NCBI GenBank assembly: GCA_913057765.1
Contig: CAJXPH010000001.1
Location: forward strand, 1 to 58,149
DNA: 58,149 nucleotides
Direction of reading: 5' to 3'
Source of the DNA: an uncultured Campylobacteraceae bacterium
Lineage (GTDB): Bacteria > Campylobacterota > Campylobacteria > Campylobacterales > Arcobacteraceae
Shown in pieces: positions 37,132 to 46,468 of the stretch; within the stretch, counting starts at the first letter, position 1; every line of letters starts with the position of its first letter. A program made the position numbers and the translations under genes. Under the pieces are notes generated by a model. That model was given only the letters and a program-made list of their open reading frames with translations. It did not search any database and was not told the origin of the DNA.

Positions 37132-38736
37132 CTAATCCTGTGCATCTCGACCCTTTTGAGGAAATAATCCTCTAGGTCTTTTTTGTATAAATAAAATGAT
37201 AAATACAAGTATGATAACTTTTGCAAGGACTGCTCCAGCTACTGGTTCAATAAATTTATTAATCTCACCGAGTGTAATTGCACCAATAAGTGTTCCCCAA
37301 AGGTTACCCACTCCACCAAATACGACAACCATGAAACTATCTACGATATACGCTTGTCCAAGGTTTGGTCCTACATTTGTAATTTGAGAAAGTGCAACAC
37401 CTGCAATTCCAGCTATTCCTGAACCTAATCCAAAAGTCATGGCATCTATCCAAGAAGTTTTGATACCCATAGCTTGTGCCATCTGTCTATTTTGAGTTAC
37501 AGCTCGTACTTTTAATCCTAAAGATGTTTTATTTAAAAGTAATAAAATACTTGCAAATACAATCAATGCAAATACAATAATGTATAATCTGTTATACGTT
37601 AAAGACAAGGCACTATTAACTTCTAAAGCACCACTCATCCAAGAAGGTGTTTTTACTTCTTGATTTAATGGAGAATAAATAGTTCTTACTATTTGTTGTA
37701 AAATTAAACTAATACCAAATGTTGCTAGAAGAGTTTCTAAAGGTCTTCCATATAAATGTCTAATAACAAGTCTTTCAATTATAATTCCAACTATTCCACT
37801 TACAATAAATGCAGCAGGGATTGCTATTAAAATTGAATACTCTATTAAATTTGGCATGATTTGTTGTAGGGTATATGTTGTATATGCTCCAATCATCATC
37901 ATTTCACCATGGGCCATATTAATTACTTTCATAACCCCAAAAGTAATAGCTAATCCAATAGCTGCAAGTAATAAAACAGAACCTAAACTTAGCCCAAAAA
38001 ATGCTTTTTCAACAACTGCATAATATGACCTTGTAGTTTCGACTGAAATAATTGATTTAAAAGCAACTTTTTTTAACTCTTCACTATTTGTAGAAGTAGT
38101 AGAAATCTCTTTTAAAGTAGAAAGAGACTTTGAAGAAATAAAATCACTTAACTCTTTTACTGCTATTATTTGTTCTTCACCTGAGAGATTTTGTGCTCTT
38201 AAAATAGTCTTTGCTTCTAATAATTTTTCTTTTACAGAAGAGTCAGTTTCTATTCCTAAAGCTTTATCTATAATTGGCTCAAATTCTATAGATACATTTA
38301 ACAAGATGTTTTTTGCAGACCTTAATCTTTTATCTATATCCTGAGAAAATAGATTCATTTCCGCTAGTTTTGTTTTTATAACACTTCTTAATTTATTGTT
38401 TGTTTTTACTTTTTTAAGCAATGTTTTTTTCATAGGTTCAAGTGTTTTATTTTCTAAAAAAGTTTTAGTATTATAAATACTTCCATCTTTTTTTTCTAAC
38501 ACAACAAAAGTTCCATTATCTTTTGTATAAAAAAGTTCACCTTTAAGCATTTTTGATAAAAGAATATTTGTTCTTTCATCTGTAATATATTTTTCTGTAA
38601 TTTCATTAACAACTTCTTGTTTAGCTTTTAAACTATTTGTTTTCAGTTTGTTAATATCTTCTTCAAAACTATTTGCAAAAAGTGATGAGATGAATAATAA
38701 ATTAAGAAAGATTATTTTTAAAAAGTTTGATTTCAT
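37132..38736 (-). CDS. urtB: Urea ABC transporter permease with N-terminal periplasmic extension
   Basis: GLAITFG.M.VINMAHGE, RPLETLLAT, VVVFGGVG. Confidence 0.93.
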   Translation of the reverse strand: MKSNFLKIIFLNLLFISSLFANSFEEDINKLKTNSLKAKQEVVNEITEKYITDERTNILLSKMLKGELFYTKDNGTFVVLEKKDGSIYNTKTFLENKTLEPMKKTLLKKVKTNNKLRSVIKTKLAEMNLFSQDIDKRLRSAKNILLNVSIEFEPIIDKALGIETDSSVKEKLLEAKTILRAQNLSGEEQIIAVKELSDFISSKSLSTLKEISTTSTNSEELKKVAFKSIISVETTRSYYAVVEKAFFGLSLGSVLLLAAIGLAITFGVMKVINMAHGEMMMIGAYTTYTLQQIMPNLIEYSILIAIPAAFIVSGIVGIIIERLVIRHLYGRPLETLLATFGISLILQQIVRTIYSPLNQEVKTPSWMSGALEVNSALSLTYNRLYIIVFALIVFASILLLLNKTSLGLKVRAVTQNRQMAQAMGIKTSWIDAMTFGLGSGIAGIAGVALSQITNVGPNLGQAYIVDSFMVVVFGGVGNLWGTLIGAITLGEINKFIEPVAGAVLAKVIILVFIILFIQKRPRGLFPQKGRDAQD

Positions 38737-38762
38737 TTAATAATCCTAAGTTAGATTTGAAT

Positions 38763-38789
38763 AAGAAGAGAAGAAAATCCTCTCTTCTT
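38763..38789 (-). terminator. Hairpin between urtA and urtB
   Basis: Minus strand AAGAAGAGAGG-ATTTT-CTTCTCTTCTT. Confidence 0.55.
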
Positions 38790-38804
38790 TTATGTCATTT
38801 ATAA

Positions 38805-40085
38805 TTAGTAGTTTTGACCAGAACATTTTTTAGTTACTGTATTGTAGTTACCACAGTTAACAGGTTTAGTCCAATCAGAGATTGTATCTTTTGATGATGG
38901 TAAGAAATCTGACCAAGCATCTCCAGCAACTTCACCTTCAGTTTGCCATACAGTTTCAAACTGACCATCTTCTTGAATTTCTCCAATAAGTACTGGTTTA
39001 GTTAAATGGTGATTTTTAAGCATTGTTGCCGTTCCTCCAGTAAGGTTTGGAACAGAAAGACCAATAATTGCATCACTTACTTTATCAACATTAGTTGTGC
39101 CAGCTTTTTCAACAGCTTGTACCCATAGTTTGAATCCAATATAAGTAGCTTCCATTGGGTCATTTGTAACTCTTTTAGGGTTCTTAGTATATGCTTTCCA
39201 AGATTTAATAAACTCATCATTTACATCAGCCTCTGCACTTTGGAAGTAATTCCACGCAGCTAAATGACCAACAAGTGGTTTAGTATCAAGTCCAGAAAGT
39301 TCCTCTTCGCCAACAGAAAATGCAACAACAGGGATATCTTCAGCAGAAATACCTTGGTTACCTAATTCTTTATAGAAAGGAACGTTTGCATCACCGTTAA
39401 TTGTAGAAACAACTGCAGTTTTTTTACCAGCAGATCCAAATTTCTTAACATCAGATACAATTGATTGCCAATCAGAGTGACCAAAAGGAGTATAGTTAAT
39501 CATAATATCTTCAGCTGCAACACCTTTAGCTTTTAAGTATGATTCTAAAATTTTATTAGTTGTTCTTGGGTAAACGTAATCAGTTCCGGCAAGAACCCAT
39601 CTTTTAACACCAATTTCGTTCATTAAATAATCAACTGCTGGAATAGCTTGTTGGTTTGGTGAAGCACCTGTATAAAATACATTTTTAGAAGATTCTTCAC
39701 CTTCATATTGTACAGGGTAGAATAATAGACCATTTAACTCTTCAATTACCGGAAGAACAGATTTTCTTGATACTGATGTCCAACAACCAAATGTTACATC
39801 AACTTTATCTTTAGTTAAAAGACCTCTCATTTTTTCAGCAAATAAAGGCCAGTTTGAAGCTGGATCAACTACAACAGGTTCTAGTTTTTTTCCTAAAACT
39901 CCACCTTTTTTATTTTGTTCATCAATTAACATTAAAACTGTATCTTTTAATGTAGTTTCTGAAATTGCCATTGTTCCAGATAATGAGTGTAAAACACCAA
40001 CCTTAATTGTATCAGCAGCTTGTGCTAAAGTACCCATTGCAACTAACGCTGCTATAGACAAAGATTTTGCCAACATTTTTTTCAT
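38805..40085 (-). CDS. urtA: Urea ABC transporter substrate-binding protein
   Basis: IKVG.LHSLSGTMAISE, FGCWTS.SRK, QYEG.E, PNQQ, DYVYPR; start moved to ATG 40085 after GGAGAG. Confidence 0.96.
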   Translation of the reverse strand: MKKMLAKSLSIAALVAMGTLAQAADTIKVGVLHSLSGTMAISETTLKDTVLMLIDEQNKKGGVLGKKLEPVVVDPASNWPLFAEKMRGLLTKDKVDVTFGCWTSVSRKSVLPVIEELNGLLFYPVQYEGEESSKNVFYTGASPNQQAIPAVDYLMNEIGVKRWVLAGTDYVYPRTTNKILESYLKAKGVAAEDIMINYTPFGHSDWQSIVSDVKKFGSAGKKTAVVSTINGDANVPFYKELGNQGISAEDIPVVAFSVGEEELSGLDTKPLVGHLAAWNYFQSAEADVNDEFIKSWKAYTKNPKRVTNDPMEATYIGFKLWVQAVEKAGTTNVDKVSDAIIGLSVPNLTGGTATMLKNHHLTKPVLIGEIQEDGQFETVWQTEGEVAGDAWSDFLPSSKDTISDWTKPVNCGNYNTVTKKCSGQNY

Positions 40086-40107
40086 TTGTACTCTCCTATG
40101 AATTTTT

Positions 40108-40152
40108 AATATCAAATTCAAATAGATTCTCGTTCTATTCTAATTTGATATT
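40108..40152 (-). promoter_or_regulatory. Long stem-loop in the presumed urtA 5' leader
   Basis: AATATCAAATT-ca-AATAGA-ttctcgt-TCTATT-ct-AATTTGATATT: 11-bp and 6-bp stems with a 2x2 internal loop, downstream of -10 TATACT (40163-40168). Confidence 0.6.
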
Positions 40153-40176
40153 GACTAAAAGAAGTATAAAAAAGTA

Positions 40177-40198
40177 GTGTTGTTTTTGTGTTGTTTTT
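40177..40198. promoter_or_regulatory. Perfect 11-bp tandem repeat over the urtA -35 region (candidate OmpR/PhoB-type site)
   Basis: GTGTTGTTTTT x2. Confidence 0.55.
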
Positions 40199-40219
40199 TT
40201 ATAATAATTAAGAATTCTC

Positions 40220-40236
40220 TGTATACTAAATATACA
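40220..40236. promoter_or_regulatory. Perfect TGTATA-N5-TATACA box upstream of urtA
   Basis: TGTATA-CTAAA-TATACA (12/12), 51 nt from the -10. Confidence 0.7.
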
Positions 40237-40238
40237 AA

Positions 40239-42875
40239 CTATTTATGATTTAAGACTAAATCAGTAATTTCCTTAAACTTATATTCTAAAAGAAGTTTTT
40301 CAATTTTTCTTTTTATTAAAGATTGGATATTCTGTTTTTCTAATATTTCAATAATAGAATTTGCATTTAAAGAAGAGGCAGCAATAACGATTTCTTTTAT
40401 AGTATCTTCTGATATTTTAAAAGATTTGTTTTCTTCAATTATTTCTTCATTAACAGAAATGAAATGCATTGATAAATATTTTTCTAAAGTAATAATAATA
40501 TCTTTTTCTTCAAAAGGCTTAGTCAAAAAACTATCGGCCCCAGTATTTAAGGCTTTATGTCTATCATCTTCAAAGACATTTGCAGAAATTGAAACAATTG
40601 GAATATCTTTATACTGACTATTTTTTTTCAATTCTCTTATTGTCTCTAATCCATCTAGATTTGGCATTAGAATATCCATAAAAATTAAATCAAAATCATT
40701 TTCTTTACATTTTTCTAATACTTCCAATCCATCTTTTGCTTCACAAGTTTCTAAATTATATACATCTAAAAGCTGTACTAACAAGTCCCTATTTACCTTA
40801 ATATCATCTGCTACTAATATCTTAAAATCATATGACTTTTTAGAAGGTGAAATATTTTCATATTTTTTTTCATTAATACTCTTTTCAAAATTATTAATTG
40901 TTTCAATCTCTATTTCAAGTTCAAAAGTAGTTCCAATATTTTCTTTAGAATCAAAAGAAATCTTTCCATTCATTTTTTCAATCAATTCTTTTGTGATAGT
41001 AAGACCTAATCCTGTTCCTTTTTGTTTATGTTTAGATTCACCCATTTGTTCAAAGGGTTTAAATACAAGCTCTTTTGATTTTGTATTCATTCCTATCCCA
41101 GTATCTATTACACTAATTTTTAGTTTCTTCTTTATATATTTTATTCTTACTTCTATTTTCCCACTATTAGTAAATTTTAATGCATTCCCTAAAATATTAA
41201 TAAAAATCTGTCGTACTCTTTTTTCATCACATTTAATATATTTTGGAACATTTCCTTCAATAGTAAAAATAAAATCTAAGTTTTTATCTGCACACCTTTC
41301 TATAAACATAGACTCTATTTCCTTGAGTAATTTATGTAAATTTGATTGAGTTAGGTTAATAGATATTTTTCCTGCTTCAATCTTTGCAAACTCTAATATC
41401 TCATTTATTATAGATAATAAATGTTCCCCACTATTTCTAATAGTTTGAAGATTTTGCTTTTCAACTTCATTTAGAGTCGATGACTTTTTCAAAAGTGTGG
41501 CAAAACCCAAAATTGCATTTAATGGTGTTCTTAACTCATGAGACATATTTGTAAGAAAAACTGATTTTGAAAGGTTTGCATTTTGTGCTTCTAAAGTTGC
41601 CGCTTTTAATTCATCTTCATGTTTTTTTCTTTTTGTAATATCAGAGAAAACAACAACCGAACCTTCTAAAATTTCTTTATTATTAAAAATTGGAGTACTT
41701 ACATAATCAATAGGGAATTCAAGTCCTTTTTTTGAAAGAAAAGTTTGTTCTTCTTTAGAAACTAACATCAGTCTTTCTTTCTGTTGAGCTCCTTTTTTAA
41801 ATAGATGTTTTCCAATTGTTTTATTTACATATTGTCCAATTAATTCTTCGGAAGAATATCCTAGAAGTTTTGAAGCAGTGGGATTTACAAAAATAAATCT
41901 TCCTCTTGAATCCAAACCAAAAATTCCTTCTCCTGCAAGATCTAGCAATCTTTTATTTTGTTCTTGAGAAGATATAAGTTGAATTGCATTATCTTTAAAG
42001 ACCTGAACTGCGCCAATCATTTCAGATACTTCATCCATAAAAACTTTTTGAGGTAAAATAATATCCATATCATTTCTAGCAAGACTTAACATCCCTTTAT
42101 TCAGTAGTTCTAGAGGATGAATAATTCTATAAAGAATAATAAATATAAAAGAGAAAACAAAAAGAACTATAAGAAATAAAACTGCAACATTCAAATATGA
42201 TTCCATTTTTTTAACTGTAATATGTGCTTTATTAACACGTTTTTGTGTTCTATTTTCAAACTCTTGGTAAAATTCATTAAGAGGTTTCATAATAGCTATC
42301 TTTGCTTTATGGTACTGTTCTCCGTACATAATCTCTCTAGCTAATTTAAAATCTGGTTTTGCAAAGACCGTAAATTTTTCATTTTTATCTTGGAAAATAC
42401 CTTTGATTGCATTCATAGCTTTTGCTTCTAAATTTGTTAAATCATCTGATTCTTGTTGTGACTTATAAAGTAATTCAAGTTCTTCTTCTGGAAAGCCTGC
42501 CTCTTGCATAAGAGTTCTTAATGATATTTTTTCACCGTCCAGAATCGGTTTTGTTCCTTTTAGTGTAAAGAAGTCCCAATAAATACGATTATAATATTTT
42601 GGTCTAGGCTCTTCTCCATTTCGTATATCTAATACAGTATGAAACTGTTCTTTGAACATTTCATCATCAGTAATTACGTATGTTCTTGCCATTCTTGTAA
42701 GATCATCAGAACTTTGTCTTAATTCATCGGCTAAAACCAAAGAACGATGTTGCATAATATAGGCATCTTCAAGCTGTTTAATAGCTCTTTGATATTCACT
42801 TAAAATAAATACCACACTAGTTAAGGCCATACTATTAACAATCAATAAAAGGATAAATAACTGTTTAAGTTTCAT
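40239..42875 (-). CDS. Membrane hybrid sensor kinase (periplasmic sensor-HAMP-PAS-HisKA-HATPase-REC)
   Basis: Two TM segments flanking LADELRQSSDDLTR..RNG..PRP..YWD; MSHELRTPLN, GNALKFT, DTGIG, GTGLGL; ADD..FMDILMP..KP. Confidence 0.93.
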   Translation of the reverse strand: MKLKQLFILLLIVNSMALTSVVFILSEYQRAIKQLEDAYIMQHRSLVLADELRQSSDDLTRMARTYVITDDEMFKEQFHTVLDIRNGEEPRPKYYNRIYWDFFTLKGTKPILDGEKISLRTLMQEAGFPEEELELLYKSQQESDDLTNLEAKAMNAIKGIFQDKNEKFTVFAKPDFKLAREIMYGEQYHKAKIAIMKPLNEFYQEFENRTQKRVNKAHITVKKMESYLNVAVLFLIVLFVFSFIFIILYRIIHPLELLNKGMLSLARNDMDIILPQKVFMDEVSEMIGAVQVFKDNAIQLISSQEQNKRLLDLAGEGIFGLDSRGRFIFVNPTASKLLGYSSEELIGQYVNKTIGKHLFKKGAQQKERLMLVSKEEQTFLSKKGLEFPIDYVSTPIFNNKEILEGSVVVFSDITKRKKHEDELKAATLEAQNANLSKSVFLTNMSHELRTPLNAILGFATLLKKSSTLNEVEKQNLQTIRNSGEHLLSIINEILEFAKIEAGKISINLTQSNLHKLLKEIESMFIERCADKNLDFIFTIEGNVPKYIKCDEKRVRQIFINILGNALKFTNSGKIEVRIKYIKKKLKISVIDTGIGMNTKSKELVFKPFEQMGESKHKQKGTGLGLTITKELIEKMNGKISFDSKENIGTTFELEIEIETINNFEKSINEKKYENISPSKKSYDFKILVADDIKVNRDLLVQLLDVYNLETCEAKDGLEVLEKCKENDFDLIFMDILMPNLDGLETIRELKKNSQYKDIPIVSISANVFEDDRHKALNTGADSFLTKPFEEKDIIITLEKYLSMHFISVNEEIIEENKSFKISEDTIKEIVIAASSLNANSIIEILEKQNIQSLIKRKIEKLLLEYKFKEITDLVLNHK

Positions 42876-42946
42876 ACAGGTTGTCTAATTTCTTTCTCAT
42901 CATTTAAGTTATAATAACTAAAAATAAGAGTTTAAATAAAAATAAA

Positions 42947-44005
42947 ATGAATAAAAAATATACTATATTAGTTGTTGATGATAAAATTGAAAATCTTCAA
43001 TACCTAGATAAAATCTTAAAAAACAAAAATTATGACATCAGAGCAACAACAAATGGGATGATGGCATTAGAAGCTGTAAAAATAGATATGCCAGATTTAA
43101 TACTCCTTGATATTAAAATGCCAAACCTAAATGGCTATGAATTATGTCGTTTAATTAAAAAAGAAAAAGAACTTAAAGATATACCTATAATATTTATCTC
43201 TGCACTTGATAATATTGAAGATAAAGTAAAAGCTTTTGAAGAAGGTGGTGTGGACTATATTACAAAACCTTTTGAACCCAAAGAGATACTTGCAAGAGTA
43301 AAAACCCAATTAGATATTTATGAAAGTAAATTAACCATTGCAAATTTACTTGAACAACAAGATTTATTTGTGAAAAAAATTATGCATGAAATGAATACAC
43401 CAGTTTCAATTATCTCTTTAAATACTGAACTAATTGAGCAAGCAAGTGGTCCTACAAAACAAATAGAAGCAATAAAAGCTTCTACAAAAACTCTTTCTTC
43501 TATATACGGAGACTTATCTTATAAAATAAAAAAAGAGAGTCGAGAGTATAAAGTTTCTAAAATAAATCTATTAAATTTTATTAGTTCAAGAGTTATATTT
43601 TTTGATGAATTAGCCAATACTAAAGATATTCATATTCACCTTGAATATAACAAAGAAATAGAAGTCTTTATTAATAAATACGAATTAGAAAGAATTATTG
43701 ATAATACAATTAGCAATGCAATAAAATATAGTAAAGAATCTTCTGAAATCATTGTATTTTTTGGAATAGAAAATGAAAAAACTATTATTTCCATACAAGA
43801 TTTTGGAATTGGCTTAGAAAATAAAGAATTAATATTTGATGCATACTATCAACAATCAAATAAAAAAATGGGCCTAGGATTAGGATTGAATATTGTAAAA
43901 GAGATTTCGGATAAATACAATATTGAAATAGAAGTTGTAAGTGGAAAAAATTTAGGGTCTACATTTACTTTTAATATAGATTCTATTATTAAGAAAGAAC
44001 TATGA
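42947..44005 (+). CDS. Soluble REC-HisKA-HATPase hybrid kinase / response regulator
   Basis: VVDD, LLDIKMP, KPF, then HEMNTP, NAIKYS, DFGIG, GLGLGL. Confidence 0.92.
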   Translation: MNKKYTILVVDDKIENLQYLDKILKNKNYDIRATTNGMMALEAVKIDMPDLILLDIKMPNLNGYELCRLIKKEKELKDIPIIFISALDNIEDKVKAFEEGGVDYITKPFEPKEILARVKTQLDIYESKLTIANLLEQQDLFVKKIMHEMNTPVSIISLNTELIEQASGPTKQIEAIKASTKTLSSIYGDLSYKIKKESREYKVSKINLLNFISSRVIFFDELANTKDIHIHLEYNKEIEVFINKYELERIIDNTISNAIKYSKESSEIIVFFGIENEKTIISIQDFGIGLENKELIFDAYYQQSNKKMGLGLGLNIVKEISDKYNIEIEVVSGKNLGSTFTFNIDSIIKKEL

Positions 44006-44673
44006 AAATATTTTTATTAGAAGATGACTATTTATTAAATAGATTAATTACAAATGCCTTAGAAAAAAAAGGTTTTTTCGTTACTAGTTCAGAAGATGGT
44101 TATGATGCAATGACTCAAGTAATAAATAATCAATATGATTTATATATTTTAGATATCAATGTACCAGGTTTTTCTGGTCATGAGGTATTAAAAGAGATAA
44201 GAAATATACATAGTGATTTACCAGTAATTATAGTAAGTGCAGAACTTGACATTGATAATATCTCAAAAGCTTATGATCTAGGATGTAATGATTATCTAAA
44301 AAAACCATTTGAATTAGAAGAGCTCATTTTACATATAAAATATCATATAAAAACTATACTAAACAATGACATTGATAAAGATGTTATAGACTTAGGATTT
44401 GGTTTTAATTTTCATATGAAAAATCAAAGTTTATATAAACATGATCATGAAATAACTCTAACACAAAAAGAAAAACTCCTTTTGACACTTTTTATAACTA
44501 ACCTTGATAAAACAGTTACTACAGAAATGATTCATGAGTATGTTTGGGATAATAAAGAAATGGAAGCTGTTAGTATCAGAAGTATGATCCATAAAGTACA
44601 AAAGAAATTAAAAAATGGAATGATTGTAAATATTAGGGGAGTTGGTTATAAATTAATTTCTAAATATATTTAG
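44002..44673 (+). CDS. OmpR/PhoB-family response regulator
   Basis: LLEDD, ILDINVP, KPF, C-terminal wHTH ending RGVGY; ATGA overlap. Confidence 0.93.
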   Translation: MKIFLLEDDYLLNRLITNALEKKGFFVTSSEDGYDAMTQVINNQYDLYILDINVPGFSGHEVLKEIRNIHSDLPVIIVSAELDIDNISKAYDLGCNDYLKKPFELEELILHIKYHIKTILNNDIDKDVIDLGFGFNFHMKNQSLYKHDHEITLTQKEKLLLTLFITNLDKTVTTEMIHEYVWDNKEMEAVSIRSMIHKVQKKLKNGMIVNIRGVGYKLISKYI

Positions 44674-44778
44674 GATAAATAGGTATTTATATAATATATA
44701 TGATTTTGTGGCTATAAAATTGAGTTCATTAAGTGGGAATAAAAGATGAAGATGGTTTAAAAAAAGTATTTTTACTAA

Positions 44779-44800
44779 CTATAGGTTTAAAAACCTATAG
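44779..44800. terminator. Inverted repeat between the response regulator and the small convergent ORF
   Basis: CTATAGGTTT-aa-AAACCTATAG. Confidence 0.55.
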
Positions 44801-44808
44801 AACAACAA

Positions 44809-44958
44809 TTACTTGTTTATTTTTTTTAATACTGATAATACTTTAGATGAAATATTTATTCCAGCTTTGCTACAAGCATCAAATATATCTTCATTGTTTT
44901 GAATTAGTCTTATAAATACTTCTTCTTTTTCAGTTAGTTTTACATCTTTGATTGACAT
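44809..44958 (-). CDS. Small 49-aa protein absent from the ORF track, possibly helix-turn-helix
   Basis: MSIKDVKLTEKEEVFIRLIQNNEDIFDACSKAGINISSKVLSVLKKINK*, AAGGA RBS upstream, hairpin downstream. Confidence 0.65.
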   Translation of the reverse strand: MSIKDVKLTEKEEVFIRLIQNNEDIFDACSKAGINISSKVLSVLKKINK

Positions 44959-45024
44959 AGTTATCCTTTTATTTTTTTACATAAAATAATCATTTAGAGA
45001 GGATAAATTCTTAAGTTAGTGTGT

Positions 45025-45101
<77 letters not shown>

Positions 45102-45134
45102 ATTTGAAAATTAAAATAACGTAGATGAAAAAAG

Positions 45135-45209
45135 TGGATGGGGTAGAAGGATTCGAACCTTCGAATGCTAGCACCAAAAGCTAGTGCCTTACCGCTTGGC
45201 GATACCCCA
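45135..45209 (-). tRNA. tRNA-Gln (TTG)
   Basis: TGGGGTATCGCCAAGCGGTAAGGC-ACTAGCTTTTGGTGCTAG..GTTCGAATCC..CCA. Confidence 0.97.
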
Positions 45210-45227
45210 TTCGTTTAACTGGGTGGA

Positions 45228-45256
45228 ATTATAGTAAAAAAGTATTTTATTGTCAA
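45228..45256 (-). promoter_or_regulatory. Consensus sigma70 promoter for the tRNA pair
   Basis: Minus strand TTGACA-17 nt-TATAAT. Confidence 0.85.
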
Positions 45257-45330
45257 GGGTTTTTAGAAAAAATTTGTAAATTTTTGATATAATATCTGAA
45301 ATACAAGAAAAATTATTAAAAAGTAGAAAA

Positions 45331-46362
45331 ATGAATGCAATACAAAGAGTAAAAGAAGCAATTGAAGAGATTCAAAAAGGCAATATGGTAATAATGCTAG
45401 ATGATGAAGATAGAGAGAATGAAGGTGATTTAGTTTATGCCGCACCTTTAAGTAGCCCTGAAAAAGTGAACTTTATGGTGACACATGCAAAAGGATTAGT
45501 TTGTGTATCAGTTACAAAAGAAACTGCAGATAAATTAGAATTAAATCCAATGGTTGCATCAAATACTTCATCTTATGAGACAGCATTTACTGTTTCTGTT
45601 GATGCGGCAGATGCATTGACTGGAATTAGTGCAGGAGAAAGAGATGATACAATTAAAATTTTGGCAAATCCTATATCTAATGCACAAGAGCTAGTACGTC
45701 CAGGACATATATTCCCATTAATTGCAAAAGATGGTGGAGTATTAGTTAGAACAGGTCATACAGAAGGTTCAGTTGATCTATGTAAACTAGCTGGATTAAA
45801 TGGAGAAGCTGTTATTTGTGAAATCATAAAAGAAGATGGAACAATGGCTAGACGTGATGATTTAGATATTTTTGCAGATAAACATAATTTAAAACAAATT
45901 TATATATCTGATTTAGTGGAATATAGATTATCTCATGAAAACTTAATAGATGAGATATCTAGTTGTGATACTAAATTCTTTGGTACTAAGGTTATTAAGA
46001 AAGAATTTAAAGATCATATTGGACATATACATACCGCTATTAAATTTGGAGAAGATTTAGATGTAACACATGTTAAGTTTCATACAGTTATCCCTGATAT
46101 TAAACTATTTTTAAATGATGAAAAACTTCATTCAATGTTAAAAACAATTAATTTCTTACAATCAAAAGGTGGACTATTAATATTTTTAAATGAAGAAATG
46201 TCACATAAAGAATCTCAAAGAGATTATGGAATTGGTGCTCAAATATTAAACTCTCTAAATGCAAATAAAATAAAACTAATGACAAGTGGTGGAAAACACT
46301 CATTTGTTGGTTTAAATGGTTTTGGATTAGAGATAATCGAAGAAATTCAAATAGAGTGTTAA
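45331..46362 (+). CDS. ribB: DHBP synthase fused to a degenerate GTP cyclohydrolase II domain
   Basis: DDEDRENEGD, RPGHIFPL, R.GHTE; C-terminal RDYGIGAQIL but no Zn-binding Cys motif. Confidence 0.9.
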   Translation: MNAIQRVKEAIEEIQKGNMVIMLDDEDRENEGDLVYAAPLSSPEKVNFMVTHAKGLVCVSVTKETADKLELNPMVASNTSSYETAFTVSVDAADALTGISAGERDDTIKILANPISNAQELVRPGHIFPLIAKDGGVLVRTGHTEGSVDLCKLAGLNGEAVICEIIKEDGTMARRDDLDIFADKHNLKQIYISDLVEYRLSHENLIDEISSCDTKFFGTKVIKKEFKDHIGHIHTAIKFGEDLDVTHVKFHTVIPDIKLFLNDEKLHSMLKTINFLQSKGGLLIFLNEEMSHKESQRDYGIGAQILNSLNANKIKLMTSGGKHSFVGLNGFGLEIIEEIQIEC

Positions 46363-46415
46363 TATATAGAGTAGGGTTAGTTTAAAACTATCCTACTCTC
46401 ATTGTTATAGACATA

Positions 46416-46447
46416 AAAAAAGGAGTGAATTTTTTCACTCCTTTTTT
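46416..46447. terminator. Bidirectional terminator between ribB and pckA
   Basis: AAAAAAGGAGTGAA-tttt-TTCACTCCTTTTTT; a second imperfect hairpin lies at about 46369-46399. Confidence 0.85.
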
Positions 46448-46468
46448 ATTTTCTGGAAATATTAAATT

